64,000 nt of DNA from positions 4,128,001-4,192,000 of the forward strand of contig OZ253442.1 of the NCBI GenBank assembly GCA_965261085.1, given 5' to 3'. Position 1 is the first letter of the stretch; each line of letters opens with the position of its first letter. The stretch comes from a bacterium (GTDB taxonomy: Bacteria > UBA8248). The notes below the pieces were generated by a model. It searched no databases. It worked only from the letters and a program-made list of their open reading frames with translations, and had not been told where the DNA came from. Positions 28,157-37,631 of the stretch are shown here, in pieces. The position numbers were made by a program, and so were the translations under genes.

Positions 28157-29062
28157 ATGATGAAAATCGGATTTATCGGACTGGGAAACATGGGGGCGGG
28201 CATGGCTGCCAACCTCCAGAAAGCTGGCTATGAGCTCGTCGTACACGACATCGCCCCGGAAGCGGCGGCTGAGCACTTAGAAAGAGGCGCCCTCTGGGCG
28301 GACACTCCCGAAGAGGTGGCCCGCGCATGTGAAATCATCTTCACTTCCCTGCCCGGCCCCAAAGAAGTCGAGAGCGTCGCCACGGGGCCGAACGGCATCC
28401 TCTCAGGCATCAGCGCGGGAAAAGTCTATATCGACTTGAGCACGGGATACCCCACCATCGTCCGCAGCATCCACCAGAAGTTCGCAGAAACAGGCGCGCA
28501 CATGCTGGACGCCCCCGTGAGCGGCTCCACCATAGGCGCGAACACGGGACGCCTCGCGATCATGGTGGGGGGCGATAAAGAGGTGTATGAGCGCTGCAAG
28601 CCCGTACTCGACGCCATCGGGGACCGCCCCACCTACACCGGCGGCATCGGCACCGGCACCGTCTGCAAGCTCGCCCACAACTGTCTGGGCTACGGCATTC
28701 AGGCCATTGCGGCGGAATGCTACACCCTGGGCGTCAAGGCGGGCGCCGATCCCAAAGCCGTGGCCGAGACGATCTTAAACGGCGCGGTGGGCCGGGGCGT
28801 ACACTTTCACTTCGTCTTCCCCGAAACTCTCTTCAAGGGAAAATTCGACGAGCCCCACTTTCCCATGAAGGGCGCGGTGAAAGACGTAGGGCTGGCGCTT
28901 GAGCTCAGCCGCGAGTATGACGTGCCCATGGCGATAGGCAACATCGCCTACGGGGAACTCATTGCGGGCGTGAACCGAGGATGGGGAGAGGATGACGCCA
29001 GGCGCGCCATGACGCTCCAGGAAGAGCGCGCGGGCGGCGCGCAGATGCGGATTTCAGAATAG
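28157..29062 (+). CDS. 3-hydroxyisobutyrate dehydrogenase-family NAD(P) oxidoreductase
   Basis: IGFIGLGNMG, LDAPVSG, MVGG, KLAHN. Confidence 0.9.
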   Translation: MMKIGFIGLGNMGAGMAANLQKAGYELVVHDIAPEAAAEHLERGALWADTPEEVARACEIIFTSLPGPKEVESVATGPNGILSGISAGKVYIDLSTGYPTIVRSIHQKFAETGAHMLDAPVSGSTIGANTGRLAIMVGGDKEVYERCKPVLDAIGDRPTYTGGIGTGTVCKLAHNCLGYGIQAIAAECYTLGVKAGADPKAVAETILNGAVGRGVHFHFVFPETLFKGKFDEPHFPMKGAVKDVGLALELSREYDVPMAIGNIAYGELIAGVNRGWGEDDARRAMTLQEERAGGAQMRISE

Positions 29063-29075
29063 GAGATTTTGCGGG

Positions 29076-30080
29076 ATGAAACACGGTATCGCCATGCTGC
29101 CCCCTGCGCCCGAGACCTACGCGCACTGGTGCCGGCTCTCCGAGGAGGCGGGCTTTGACGTCATCTGGGTGCCGGATTCCCAGTCTCTCTACAGAGAGCT
29201 GTACGTTTCATGCGCCATCTGCGCGGCTAACACCACGCGTGCGCTGCTGGGTCCCAACGTCACCAACCCGCTCACGCGCCACCCGGCGACGGCGGCGAGC
29301 GCCATCGCCACGGTGGACGAGTTCTCGGGGGGCCGCGCGTTGTTCGGAATCGCCACGGGCGACAGCGCCGTCCTGAACCTGGGGTTACGCCCCGGACGGG
29401 TGGACGACATGAGAGACTACGTGCTCGCCATGCGCGGGATGCTCGAAGAAGGTGCTGCGCACTACCAGGGAAAACCCTGCACGCTGAACTGGCATAAAAA
29501 GCGCATCCCGCTCTACATCGCCGCCGAGGGGCCGCGCACCATCCGGCTTGCGGGCGAGATAGCGGACGGCGTCACAATCGGAACCGGCCTCACTCCTGAA
29601 GTTGTGGCCGATTCCCTCACCTGGCTCGAGGAGGGCGCGAGAAAATCGGGCCGCAAACTGAGCGACTTGGACATCTGGTGGCTGGCGAAGGTGAACGTGC
29701 GCGAAGACGGCGAGACCGCGCGGGAGGAGATTCGCATGGCGCTTGCCGCGAGCGCGCACCACGCCTTTCGCTTCACGCTCGAGGGCAAGCGAATCCCCAG
29801 AGAACTGCTCTCCGCCGTCGAGACCCTCAAAAAAGAATACGCGTTTCACGAACACGAGATGGTGGACAAGCAGACGAACGCCGAACTCGTGGACAGGCTC
29901 GGCCTTCGCGAGTACCTGCTCGATCGCTTCGCTATCGCAGGCTCCCCCGCCGAATGCAGAGAAAAGGTGAAGGCCATGAAAGCAACCGGCGTCGAGAACT
30001 TGAGAATCGCCGCACACGTTCACGATAAGCCCGCCTTCATCCGGGCGTGGGGCCGCGAGATTATCAGCCAAATCAAGTAA
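29076..30080 (+). CDS. LLM-class oxidoreductase (Mer-like, possibly F420-dependent)
   Basis: PDSQSLYRE, VTNPLTRHP, GIATGDSA, AAEGPRT. Confidence 0.85.
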   Translation: MKHGIAMLPPAPETYAHWCRLSEEAGFDVIWVPDSQSLYRELYVSCAICAANTTRALLGPNVTNPLTRHPATAASAIATVDEFSGGRALFGIATGDSAVLNLGLRPGRVDDMRDYVLAMRGMLEEGAAHYQGKPCTLNWHKKRIPLYIAAEGPRTIRLAGEIADGVTIGTGLTPEVVADSLTWLEEGARKSGRKLSDLDIWWLAKVNVREDGETAREEIRMALAASAHHAFRFTLEGKRIPRELLSAVETLKKEYAFHEHEMVDKQTNAELVDRLGLREYLLDRFAIAGSPAECREKVKAMKATGVENLRIAAHVHDKPAFIRAWGREIISQIK

Positions 30081-30097
30081 TCAAAGAGGATATCTTC

Positions 30098-31099
30098 ATG
30101 AGACACGGTATTTCATTCAGACCGCCCGACACGGATTCATTCGCCCATTGGTGCAGATGTGCGGAAGAACTCGGCTTCGATGCGGTATTCATCCCCGATA
30201 CCCAATCCCTTTATCGGGAGGTGTACGTGTCGAGCGCGATATGCGCGATGGAGACGAGTGAGATCATCTTCGGCCCATGCGTCACGAACCCCGTCACGCG
30301 GCACCCGGCGGTTGCCGCGAGCGCAATAGGCACCATCAGCGAACTATCGGGCGGGCGCGCCTTCTGGGGTATAGCCACGGGCGACAGCGCAGTGTTGAAC
30401 TTAGGGCTTAGACCCGCGAAGCTCGCCGAGATGCGCGAATACATCCTCGCCGTGCGGGGAATGCTCGAAGAGGGAAGCGCCCAGTACAAAGGGAAAACCA
30501 ACCGGCTGAGCTGGCACAAATCCCACGTGCCCATCCACATCGCCGCGGAAGGCCCCAAGACACTGCGCCTGGCGGGCGAGGTGGCCGACGGCGTCATCAT
30601 CGGAACCGGCCTCATCCCCGAAGTCATCGCGGACACGCTCGCCTTCATCGACGAGGGTGCCAAGAAATCAGGCAAAAGGGTGGAGGATCTGGATCTGTGG
30701 TGGCTGGTGGACGCCCACGTGGACGCAGACGGCGAGCGCGCCCGCGAGGACATCCGCACCGCTCTCGCCGCGAGCGCGCATCATTCCTTCGCCTTCACGA
30801 TGGAGGGCAAACGAATTCCTAAGGAACTCGAATCCGCCATCCGAGCGCTCAGAGACGGTTATCAGACATCCGAGCACGGCTTCATGAACAAATCGAACAA
30901 CGCAGGCCTAGTCGATGAGTTCGGACTGAGAGATTACCTGGCCGAGCGCTTCGCCATCGTCGGCACGCCCGCTGAATGCCAAAAGAGGCTGGAAGACCTG
31001 GAAAACCTGGGCGTCAAGGGGCTTCGCATCAACAACAACCTGCCCGACCGGACGGTCTTCATGAACGCCTGGAGCAAGGAGGTGCGACAGATCGCGTAA
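30098..31099 (+). CDS. LLM-class oxidoreductase, tandem paralogue of upstream gene
   Basis: PDTQSLYRE, VTNPVTRHP, GIATGDSA, AAEGPKT. Confidence 0.85.
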   Translation: MRHGISFRPPDTDSFAHWCRCAEELGFDAVFIPDTQSLYREVYVSSAICAMETSEIIFGPCVTNPVTRHPAVAASAIGTISELSGGRAFWGIATGDSAVLNLGLRPAKLAEMREYILAVRGMLEEGSAQYKGKTNRLSWHKSHVPIHIAAEGPKTLRLAGEVADGVIIGTGLIPEVIADTLAFIDEGAKKSGKRVEDLDLWWLVDAHVDADGERAREDIRTALAASAHHSFAFTMEGKRIPKELESAIRALRDGYQTSEHGFMNKSNNAGLVDEFGLRDYLAERFAIVGTPAECQKRLEDLENLGVKGLRINNNLPDRTVFMNAWSKEVRQIA

Positions 31100-31250
31100 C
31101 AAACTTAAATTCAGCGTGAGTGAAGCCCAAAGCCTTACTGGGTGGATACTATGGGTTCCCCTCGGGCCGCCGCTTCGGTTAGAATGACTGGAAATTATCG
31201 AAACAGGCGAATTTCGACTTCCCCGGACAATCTCTCACAGGAGGGTGGAC

Positions 31251-31805
31251 ATGACCGAGATGACGAAGCAAAAAGAAAAAATTCTCGTGTACGAACCCGT
31301 GGCGGAGGCCTCGGGCGAGAGCGCGGTCATGGCCGCGCGGCCCGAGAGCTTAAACGGCAAGAGCGTCGGCCTCATCAACAACACCAAGGATTTTACGGAT
31401 GAGATTTTAGGCGTCATGGGCGCCGCGCTTGAGAAACAGTTCCCCGGCGTGCGCGTCGTGCGCTACAGAAAAGAATCCGTGAGCGGCGCATCGCCTGCCC
31501 TCATGGAGCAGGTGGAAGGACAGTGCGACGCCGTCGTTTCCGCTCTTGGCGACTGAGGCTCCTGCACGTCGTGGAGTATCCACGACAGCGTCGCTTTAGA
31601 GAAAAGAGGGCTGGCCACGGTCACCATCGTTACCGACGCGTTTGAGACCTACGCCAGGCAACTCACCAAGCTGCACAAGATGCGCGACCTTCCTCTCATA
31701 GCGCTTCCCCATCCCATCGCGGGCAGAAAGCGCGAGGAGGTGGATGAGATGTCGGCGGAAGCGAGTGCGTATCTGGCAGCAGCCCTCACGCAGGCGAGTA
31801 GGTGA
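31251..31805 (+). CDS. UGSC-family selenoprotein (in-frame UGA at 31554-31556)
   Basis: ALGD-UGA-GSCTSWSIHD...LEKRG...LPHPI continues in frame to TGA at 31803-31805; perfect hairpin GTCGTGGA-GTA-TCCACGAC begins 11 nt after UGA. Confidence 0.85.
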
Positions 31806-31812
31806 TACAAAG

Positions 31813-32913
31813 ATGGACACGCCGAAGCCTGCCCGGCAGATAGCGCTCGATGAAGACCCAAGCGCGATATTCGATCACTTCTACGAAGAGGGCTGGACGG
31901 ACGGGCTGCCCATCATCCCGCCGACGGAGGAGCGCGTTGCAGAAACCCTGCGCTTCACGGACTATGCGCCGCAAGATGTGGTCGCCCTCGTCCCGCCCGG
32001 AAACGCGCCCGCCACGGTGGAGAACATCGCCATAAACGCCGTGATGGCGGGGTGTAAGCCTGAATACCTGCCCGTGCTCATCGCCGCCGTGCAGGCCATG
32101 ACGGAGCCCGCCTACAACCTCTACGGCCGCCAGACGACCACCCACCCGGGCGCGCACCTGATGATCGTCCACGGGCCTGCCCGGAACGAACTGGAAGTCA
32201 ACTGCCGCCAGAACGTGTTCGGCCAGGGCCGGCGCGCCAACGCGACGCTCGGGCGCGCGGTGAGGCTCCTGATGATGAACGTGGGCGGCGGCATCCCCGG
32301 CGTGACGGACATGGCCACACACGGGCATCCGGGCAAATACTCCTACACCATCGGCGAAGACGAGGAGGGAAGCCCCTGGCCGGCCTTTCACGTCGACAGG
32401 GGGCTTGCGCCCGACATCTCCGCCGTCACCATGCTCTGCGCCGAGTCGCCCCACAACGTCAACGATCTGGTGAGCAAGACGGCCCATAAGTATCTCGGCA
32501 CCGCGGCTTCGGCCATGAGTCACTTAGGCGCGAACGGCGTCTACCGGAGCGGGCTGCCGAGCGAGCAGATGCTCGTCCTGACCGCCGAGGCGGCCACATG
32601 GCTTTCGGATCAGGGGTGGACGAAGGCCGACGTATCCCAGTTCATCTTCGAGACGGCGCGCCAGCCGATTCGCCTCATGCGTGATCGCGGCGGCTTCGAC
32701 ATGACGCCGCTCGCTCCTTTCGTGAACATCGAGGAGGATGAAGACATGGCCCCCATCGTCCCGAGGCCGGAAGACATCCTCATCGTCATAGCCGGCGGCC
32801 ACGGACGCCACATGCAGGCCGTCCTCACGGCGAGCTACAACCTGAGCGTCACCAAGCCCATCACCAGAAAAGACGGAACGCCGGTGGGCTCGGTGCGGGA
32901 GTTCGTGGATTGA
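31813..32913 (+). CDS. Conserved UGSC-associated protein
   Basis: GWTDGLPIIPPTEERV, TVENIAINAVMAGCKPEYLPV, RANATLGRAVRL. Confidence 0.8.
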   Translation: MDTPKPARQIALDEDPSAIFDHFYEEGWTDGLPIIPPTEERVAETLRFTDYAPQDVVALVPPGNAPATVENIAINAVMAGCKPEYLPVLIAAVQAMTEPAYNLYGRQTTTHPGAHLMIVHGPARNELEVNCRQNVFGQGRRANATLGRAVRLLMMNVGGGIPGVTDMATHGHPGKYSYTIGEDEEGSPWPAFHVDRGLAPDISAVTMLCAESPHNVNDLVSKTAHKYLGTAASAMSHLGANGVYRSGLPSEQMLVLTAEAATWLSDQGWTKADVSQFIFETARQPIRLMRDRGGFDMTPLAPFVNIEEDEDMAPIVPRPEDILIVIAGGHGRHMQAVLTASYNLSVTKPITRKDGTPVGSVREFVD

Positions 32914-32931
32914 GGGGTACAAGCCTTCGGC

Positions 32932-33423
32932 TTACTCATAAGGGAGCATATGCGTCTGGATGACCTCGATGTCGAAGTATCGCTCCATCTGTTTAATCCC
33001 CTGATCATCGGAGTAAATCGTACTTTCATTTTCAGCGAGAGCTACGGCGAGGATTTGCCTGTCGTATTTGAGTTGCGCCTTGGTGAACGGAGACTGGGAT
33101 TCGAATATTCGGTTGTCGTGAATTTTCTGTGTGACATGGACGAGTTTTTTGACGGCGTCTATATCAAAATCCACAATCTGAAAGTGGCGGGACTGCTGCA
33201 GCATAGATATCCATTCGTCTATCTGTCCTTTCGCAATAACCAGAACTTCGGCCAATGCGGGGGTGGGTATAACGATTGTTTGAGATTTGGATTCAATATC
33301 CCGGATGAGACGTTCAATCCGCTGGCTGACATTGGCGAGCGGCTCTCCGGTGGCGGGGTCATTGGGAGGCTTGGCGTTCGGCTGCACCAAAAACATGAGA
33401 GTCGTTGAATCGAATTCCGGCAT
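32932..33423 (-). CDS. PIN-domain protein (putative toxin)
   Basis: FDSTTL, IPTPALAEVL, KYDRQILAVA, IYSDD acidic PIN motifs; lower GC. Confidence 0.75.
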   Translation of the reverse strand: MPEFDSTTLMFLVQPNAKPPNDPATGEPLANVSQRIERLIRDIESKSQTIVIPTPALAEVLVIAKGQIDEWISMLQQSRHFQIVDFDIDAVKKLVHVTQKIHDNRIFESQSPFTKAQLKYDRQILAVALAENESTIYSDDQGIKQMERYFDIEVIQTHMLPYE

Positions 33424-33689
33424 TACTTTTTGATCTCGACGCCTCGTTCCCTCATGAGTTCGGTATACGGGTCATCGACGCCATCGAACAACCCCAGGTC
33501 TCTCATTTTGTTGACTACCGAATCGAGCGATTCTTCGGCGGATTCAGGCCCGATGTTCATATTTCCATTTTCTTGAATGTAGTCTTCGTTCTCAGCGACA
33601 AATTCAAGATTCGTTTTTTCTTCCCGATTTTTATCGTCCATCGCCCTCTCCTTGAACTCGATTATCCAGGAAACGGGAAACTCATTCAA
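33423..33689 (-). CDS. Small acidic protein, putative antitoxin
   Basis: Stop overlaps PIN start (TAATG); acidic; true start uncertain. Confidence 0.45.
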   Translation of the reverse strand: MNEFPVSWIIEFKERAMDDKNREEKTNLEFVAENEDYIQENGNMNIGPESAEESLDSVVNKMRDLGLFDGVDDPYTELMRERGVEIKK

Positions 33690-33749
33690 GTGAGAGATTT
33701 TTTGCGTTCTACGTCAACCGGGCTCCTTTTCGAATTAAATTCATCCCCC

Positions 33750-35123
33750 CTACCCCCCCAGCTTCATGCCGAACTGGCTCGCGATGTGGGTGATGAGCTT
33801 GCCTGCGGCCTCATCGCTCACCCAGCCGCGCGCGGTCGCCGTTTCGAGCGCGGTGCTCACGCGCAAAAGCGCCTGGGATATCTTCTCGGTATCGCGGACG
33901 GATATCTCCGGCATAACGGGGGAGACGCCCGAGCGCAGCGCCTCTTCGGGCAACACGCCCGCGCGGTGGGCTTCCTCTAACTGCTTGTCGGCCATGGCCT
34001 GTAGAATGTGGCGCACGGTGCGCTGGCGGCGCGTCATCTTCTTGAGCGTGGGCTGATCCATCGATTCGGCGGAGGCGCGGTTCACGTCCTCTCCCTGGGC
34101 GAACCAGTGGGAAGGGATGCCCACGCCACCCAGGAGAAGGCCCCGCATCATCTTGGCGATGCCCTGCGCGCCGGTTTCTCCACCTTTCAAATCAGGCGAG
34201 ACGGCCTGCCACTCCTCTTTTTCGTTGTGTACGCGCACGCTCGAGGGCTTGGGCGCGACGCCGTTCTCGGAAAGCCACTCGGCTATCTTCTCGGGGCCTG
34301 CGCCTTTTAAGGTGACGTCGTAGATGAAGCTGTTCTGGAGGCGCGCGCGCTCCACGGCGTCGAAGATGAAGCGCTCATAGGTGTCTATCCAGTCGATGGC
34401 GGCGAGCAGGTCCGATGCCCCGCGAGCGGCGTCACTCGCCTTGTTGATCTGGAACAAAAACGCCTCCCCGTCCGTAAAGCGCGCACGCTCCCTCTGGGCG
34501 GATGCGCTCAGATAACCGCGCGGGTCGCCGCCAAGGACCGTCCTGACCCGCTTGCCCTTGCGCGCCGCCCCGCCCGGTCCTTCGGCGCGCAGGACGACCC
34601 CGATGGGCAAGGCGCAGTTGTCCGGATCCATCACCACCTCTTCTATCAGGCGGGGGCTGACGTAGCCCAGCCGGACGCGCCCCTCGAAGCGCGAGACGGC
34701 GACCGGCAGGAGAAGTTCACCGAAAATGCCGAGTTCAGAGACCAGCCGCTCGAAGCGGATATCCATCTGGTTCACGGGATCGCCCCAGAACGCCTTCACG
34801 ACGCGCAGGGCGCGCTCATCCTCCCCGTGCCAGCTTATTCCCTCGCCCACGACGTGATCGGTCACGATTTCGATCAGGCGCTGGCCCATCAGGTTGGTGA
34901 GCCACAATTCGTGCGCCAAGGCCTGCATGCGCGCGTGCGTGTGGGGAGATACACCGCCCCGCCCCTCACCCAGGGGCCGCCAGATTCTCTCATCCGGATC
35001 TATCTCGGCGCTCATGCGCCCTGAACGCTGCGCGGCCGCTTTCACTCGCGCCGCATCCCCTTTGTTCCCGGATCCCCTCTCCCGCCTGGGAGCCTTCACG
35101 CTCTTTGCTTTCTCCATCTTCAT
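33750..35123 (-). CDS. Phage portal protein
   Basis: IVTDHVVGEG, ELGIFGE, RGASDL, SVRVHNEKEEW, GIPSHWF...NRASAESM; follows terminase. Confidence 0.8.
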   Translation of the reverse strand: MKMEKAKSVKAPRRERGSGNKGDAARVKAAAQRSGRMSAEIDPDERIWRPLGEGRGGVSPHTHARMQALAHELWLTNLMGQRLIEIVTDHVVGEGISWHGEDERALRVVKAFWGDPVNQMDIRFERLVSELGIFGELLLPVAVSRFEGRVRLGYVSPRLIEEVVMDPDNCALPIGVVLRAEGPGGAARKGKRVRTVLGGDPRGYLSASAQRERARFTDGEAFLFQINKASDAARGASDLLAAIDWIDTYERFIFDAVERARLQNSFIYDVTLKGAGPEKIAEWLSENGVAPKPSSVRVHNEKEEWQAVSPDLKGGETGAQGIAKMMRGLLLGGVGIPSHWFAQGEDVNRASAESMDQPTLKKMTRRQRTVRHILQAMADKQLEEAHRAGVLPEEALRSGVSPVMPEISVRDTEKISQALLRVSTALETATARGWVSDEAAGKLITHIASQFGMKLGG

Positions 35124-35767
35124 CTCCTCCTGAGCATCCGCTGATCAAAAGACTGCGGAACCACCGTTCCCCCGGCGAGGGGGGCCAGTATTCCCTCGCT
35201 CCGCGCCAGGGATTCGGCCAGCCGCGCATAGGCGCAGGCGAAGCCGAAGTGGTTCTCGTTTCGCTCATACGCCAGCACCGTCTCCCCGGAGGAGCGGATG
35301 CGCGGCTTTTTCCTCAAATTCATCAGATGACGCTCCACCTCGTTCAGGAGCGCCTCCTCATTGGTGTCCTTTGGATTCGGCAGCAAGACCCGCCCGGCCC
35401 CCTCATGGAACTCCTCCACGAGGTGATCGAGAAGGTCCTCGCGGTTCATCCGCACATGGCGGCGCTCGACGCCCAAAAACGAGACGTCCTTGGTCTGCAT
35501 TTCGCCCTCGGTGTGCCGCCAGATGAAGCCGCCCTCGGGGTTCAAGTCGTACACCGCGCGCGCGGCCTGGGTGTGGGGTCCGCCGTCGACCACGAACGCC
35601 TCCACGCCCAAGCCAGAAAATATCGCGCGGCACCGCTCGATGAGCCGCTCGATGGGCGGCGCCTCAAAATAAATCCACCTGGCGTGCCGGTACTCCCCGC
35701 GCTCGCGCACCGCGACCGCGCAAACATCCCCCGTATCGATACCGCAGAAGCGATGGCGCGCGCTCAT
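35120..35767 (-). CDS. Terminase large subunit nuclease domain, encoded as separate gene
   Basis: ATG at 35767 overlapping upstream TGA, GGAGG SD; FCGIDTG, FVVDGGP, NHFGFACAYA RNase H-like motifs. Confidence 0.7.
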   Translation of the reverse strand: MSARHRFCGIDTGDVCAVAVRERGEYRHARWIYFEAPPIERLIERCRAIFSGLGVEAFVVDGGPHTQAARAVYDLNPEGGFIWRHTEGEMQTKDVSFLGVERRHVRMNREDLLDHLVEEFHEGAGRVLLPNPKDTNEEALLNEVERHLMNLRKKPRIRSSGETVLAYERNENHFGFACAYARLAESLARSEGILAPLAGGTVVPQSFDQRMLRRR

Positions 35768-36822
35768 GCGGGCGCCTCCGCCAGGCGATAGGGCGCGGCG
35801 TCGCGCAGCGTTCTGAGCAATTCGCGGGAGATCGGCTGGGTATCGCCCGCATCGGGGGTGGCGAGCGTGGAGCAGCGAAAGCGCGCCTTTTCGCTCGGAA
35901 GACCGGCGGCGGCCCATTTCGCCGTGATCCGATCGAGGCGCACCGCGCCGACCGCAAGCTGGGAGAGGCGATAGCTCCTGTGCCGGGGCTTCACTCGCGC
36001 GGCCTCCCACCGCCCCGCTCCCCTGTCGAGCGCGCCGCCACAGTCCGGGCACGCGAGGCCGCCTGCGCGCAGGATACCGGGCCAGTTCTCCTCCATGACG
36101 CTCTCTTTTCGGCACGCGGGACACCTCACATGCCAGCGCCTCCGGTCCCCGCCCTCGTACATGGCGTGAATGCCCGCGCCGGGGGTTCTCCCCACGGCGA
36201 GATTGAGCGTCAGGGCGAGGGGCGAGGCGTCGATGCGGTCGTTCGACCACTTGAGATTATCCGGCGGGAGATCGTCCACCTCGTCTCTGATCAGGACGTC
36301 GAGCGGAATCGAGATGGCGTTGCCGATGTCCTTGAGACCCAGAATGTACAAAAACCGCGAGCCCCCGCGGCCGGGGAACTCCTTTAAGCCCTTGGGCGAT
36401 GCGCCCCGGTATTTCCCCTCGCGCATGATTGAAGCGATTCTTTCGCCCCTGAGCGCCGGGCGCACGCGCGTCTGATCGAAGCGGTCGGCGAAATCCTGAT
36501 CGGGCAGAAAATAGCCCACGTTCAGGCGGTGGACGATGACGCAGTAAAACGCAAAGCCTATTGCGAGGGTTGTCATGCCCACCTGCGCGCCCTTCAAGAC
36601 GCTGATGGTCTGATCGGGCGTGCGGTTTTTCAGAACTTCATCGAGGACGGCAGTGGGTTCTGAGAGCGCCTCTCTGCCTTCGAAGGTGAACACGCCCTTG
36701 TCGGTCGACATCTCGCTCGCAAGAAATCGCCCCAGCCCGCGCCCCTCCCCCGAAAAGCGCGAAGACCCCCCGGCGGCGAGGACCATGCCGGGCGTTCGGA
36801 TGATTTTTCGGGGCTTGCGCAA
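35764..36822 (-). CDS. Terminase large subunit ATPase domain (lambda gpA-like)
   Basis: Probable TTG start after GGAGGAG; KGAQVGMT (Walker A-like), LIRDEVD (Walker B), WHVRCPAC...CPDCG Zn ribbon, SYRLSQL. Confidence 0.8.
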   Translation of the reverse strand: MRKPRKIIRTPGMVLAAGGSSRFSGEGRGLGRFLASEMSTDKGVFTFEGREALSEPTAVLDEVLKNRTPDQTISVLKGAQVGMTTLAIGFAFYCVIVHRLNVGYFLPDQDFADRFDQTRVRPALRGERIASIMREGKYRGASPKGLKEFPGRGGSRFLYILGLKDIGNAISIPLDVLIRDEVDDLPPDNLKWSNDRIDASPLALTLNLAVGRTPGAGIHAMYEGGDRRRWHVRCPACRKESVMEENWPGILRAGGLACPDCGGALDRGAGRWEAARVKPRHRSYRLSQLAVGAVRLDRITAKWAAAGLPSEKARFRCSTLATPDAGDTQPISRELLRTLRDAAPYRLAEAPA

Positions 36823-36873
36823 AACCGGAACTCCTCCCACTCGAGGATGCCATACGCATCCTCATGGGGGAGG

Positions 36874-36925
36874 AATATAGGGGATGGGACCTGTGAACCT
36901 CGCCGCGCAAATGCGGGGAAATGCG
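36874..36925 (-). promoter_or_regulatory. Shared late-type promoter, copy upstream of terminase-portal module
   Basis: Minus strand CGCATTTCCCCGCATTT (36925-36909), N29, TATATT (36879-36874). Confidence 0.72.
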
Positions 36926-36935
36926 CGCTCAGGCT

Positions 36936-37421
36936 TTAATCGCGCATGTTCTCGAACTGGAGCGCGAACTTCAGGTTCAGCCCCCGGCAGAGGGACATCA
37001 CCTCCTGGAGGTCGTCCCGCTTCTTGCCGCTCACTCTCAGCTGATCCCCTTGAATCGCGACTTGAACCTTCATTTTCGTCGCCTTCACCTTCTTTACGAT
37101 CTCACGCGCCGCGTCCTGGTCCACCCCTTGCTGCACGATGAGGGTCTGCCTGAGCGCCCCGCCCGAGGCGGATTCCGGCTCCTTGAATTCAATGGCGCGC
37201 AGGTCCACCTTCCGCCTCGTGAAATAGGTGTTCACCAGATCGTGCATCTGCCTGAGCTTGAAGTCATCATCGGCCAGCAGGGTGATGACCTCTTCTTTTC
37301 GCTCCAGCGCGCATTTCGACCCCTTGAAATCGAAACGCTGGGTAATCTCCCGGCGCACGCCGTTGATCGCATTGTCGACTTCCTGTAAATCCGTCCTTGA
37401 AACGATGTCGAATGAAGGCAT
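36936..37421 (-). CDS. yajQ: YajQ family nucleotide (c-di-GMP)-binding protein
   Basis: MPSFDIVS...QEVDNA...RFDFKGS...IQGDQLRVSGKKRDDLQ. Confidence 0.95.
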   Translation of the reverse strand: MPSFDIVSRTDLQEVDNAINGVRREITQRFDFKGSKCALERKEEVITLLADDDFKLRQMHDLVNTYFTRRKVDLRAIEFKEPESASGGALRQTLIVQQGVDQDAAREIVKKVKATKMKVQVAIQGDQLRVSGKKRDDLQEVMSLCRGLNLKFALQFENMRD

Positions 37422-37631
37422 ATGGTTCGCAAAGCTCCTCTAGAAATCGGGCGCATGCTACACACCCGGGGCTACTGATGGTATAGTGAGGGGGTACACT
37501 TATCCAACGCCCAGGATTGTTCTGGAGACGATTTAGGGATTCTTCCTCCATGAAGAATCCCTATTTTCCTTGACTCAATAGCTGGCTCCGACGCCCTCCG
37601 GGGCGCGAAACCATCGAACGGAGATTAGTGT

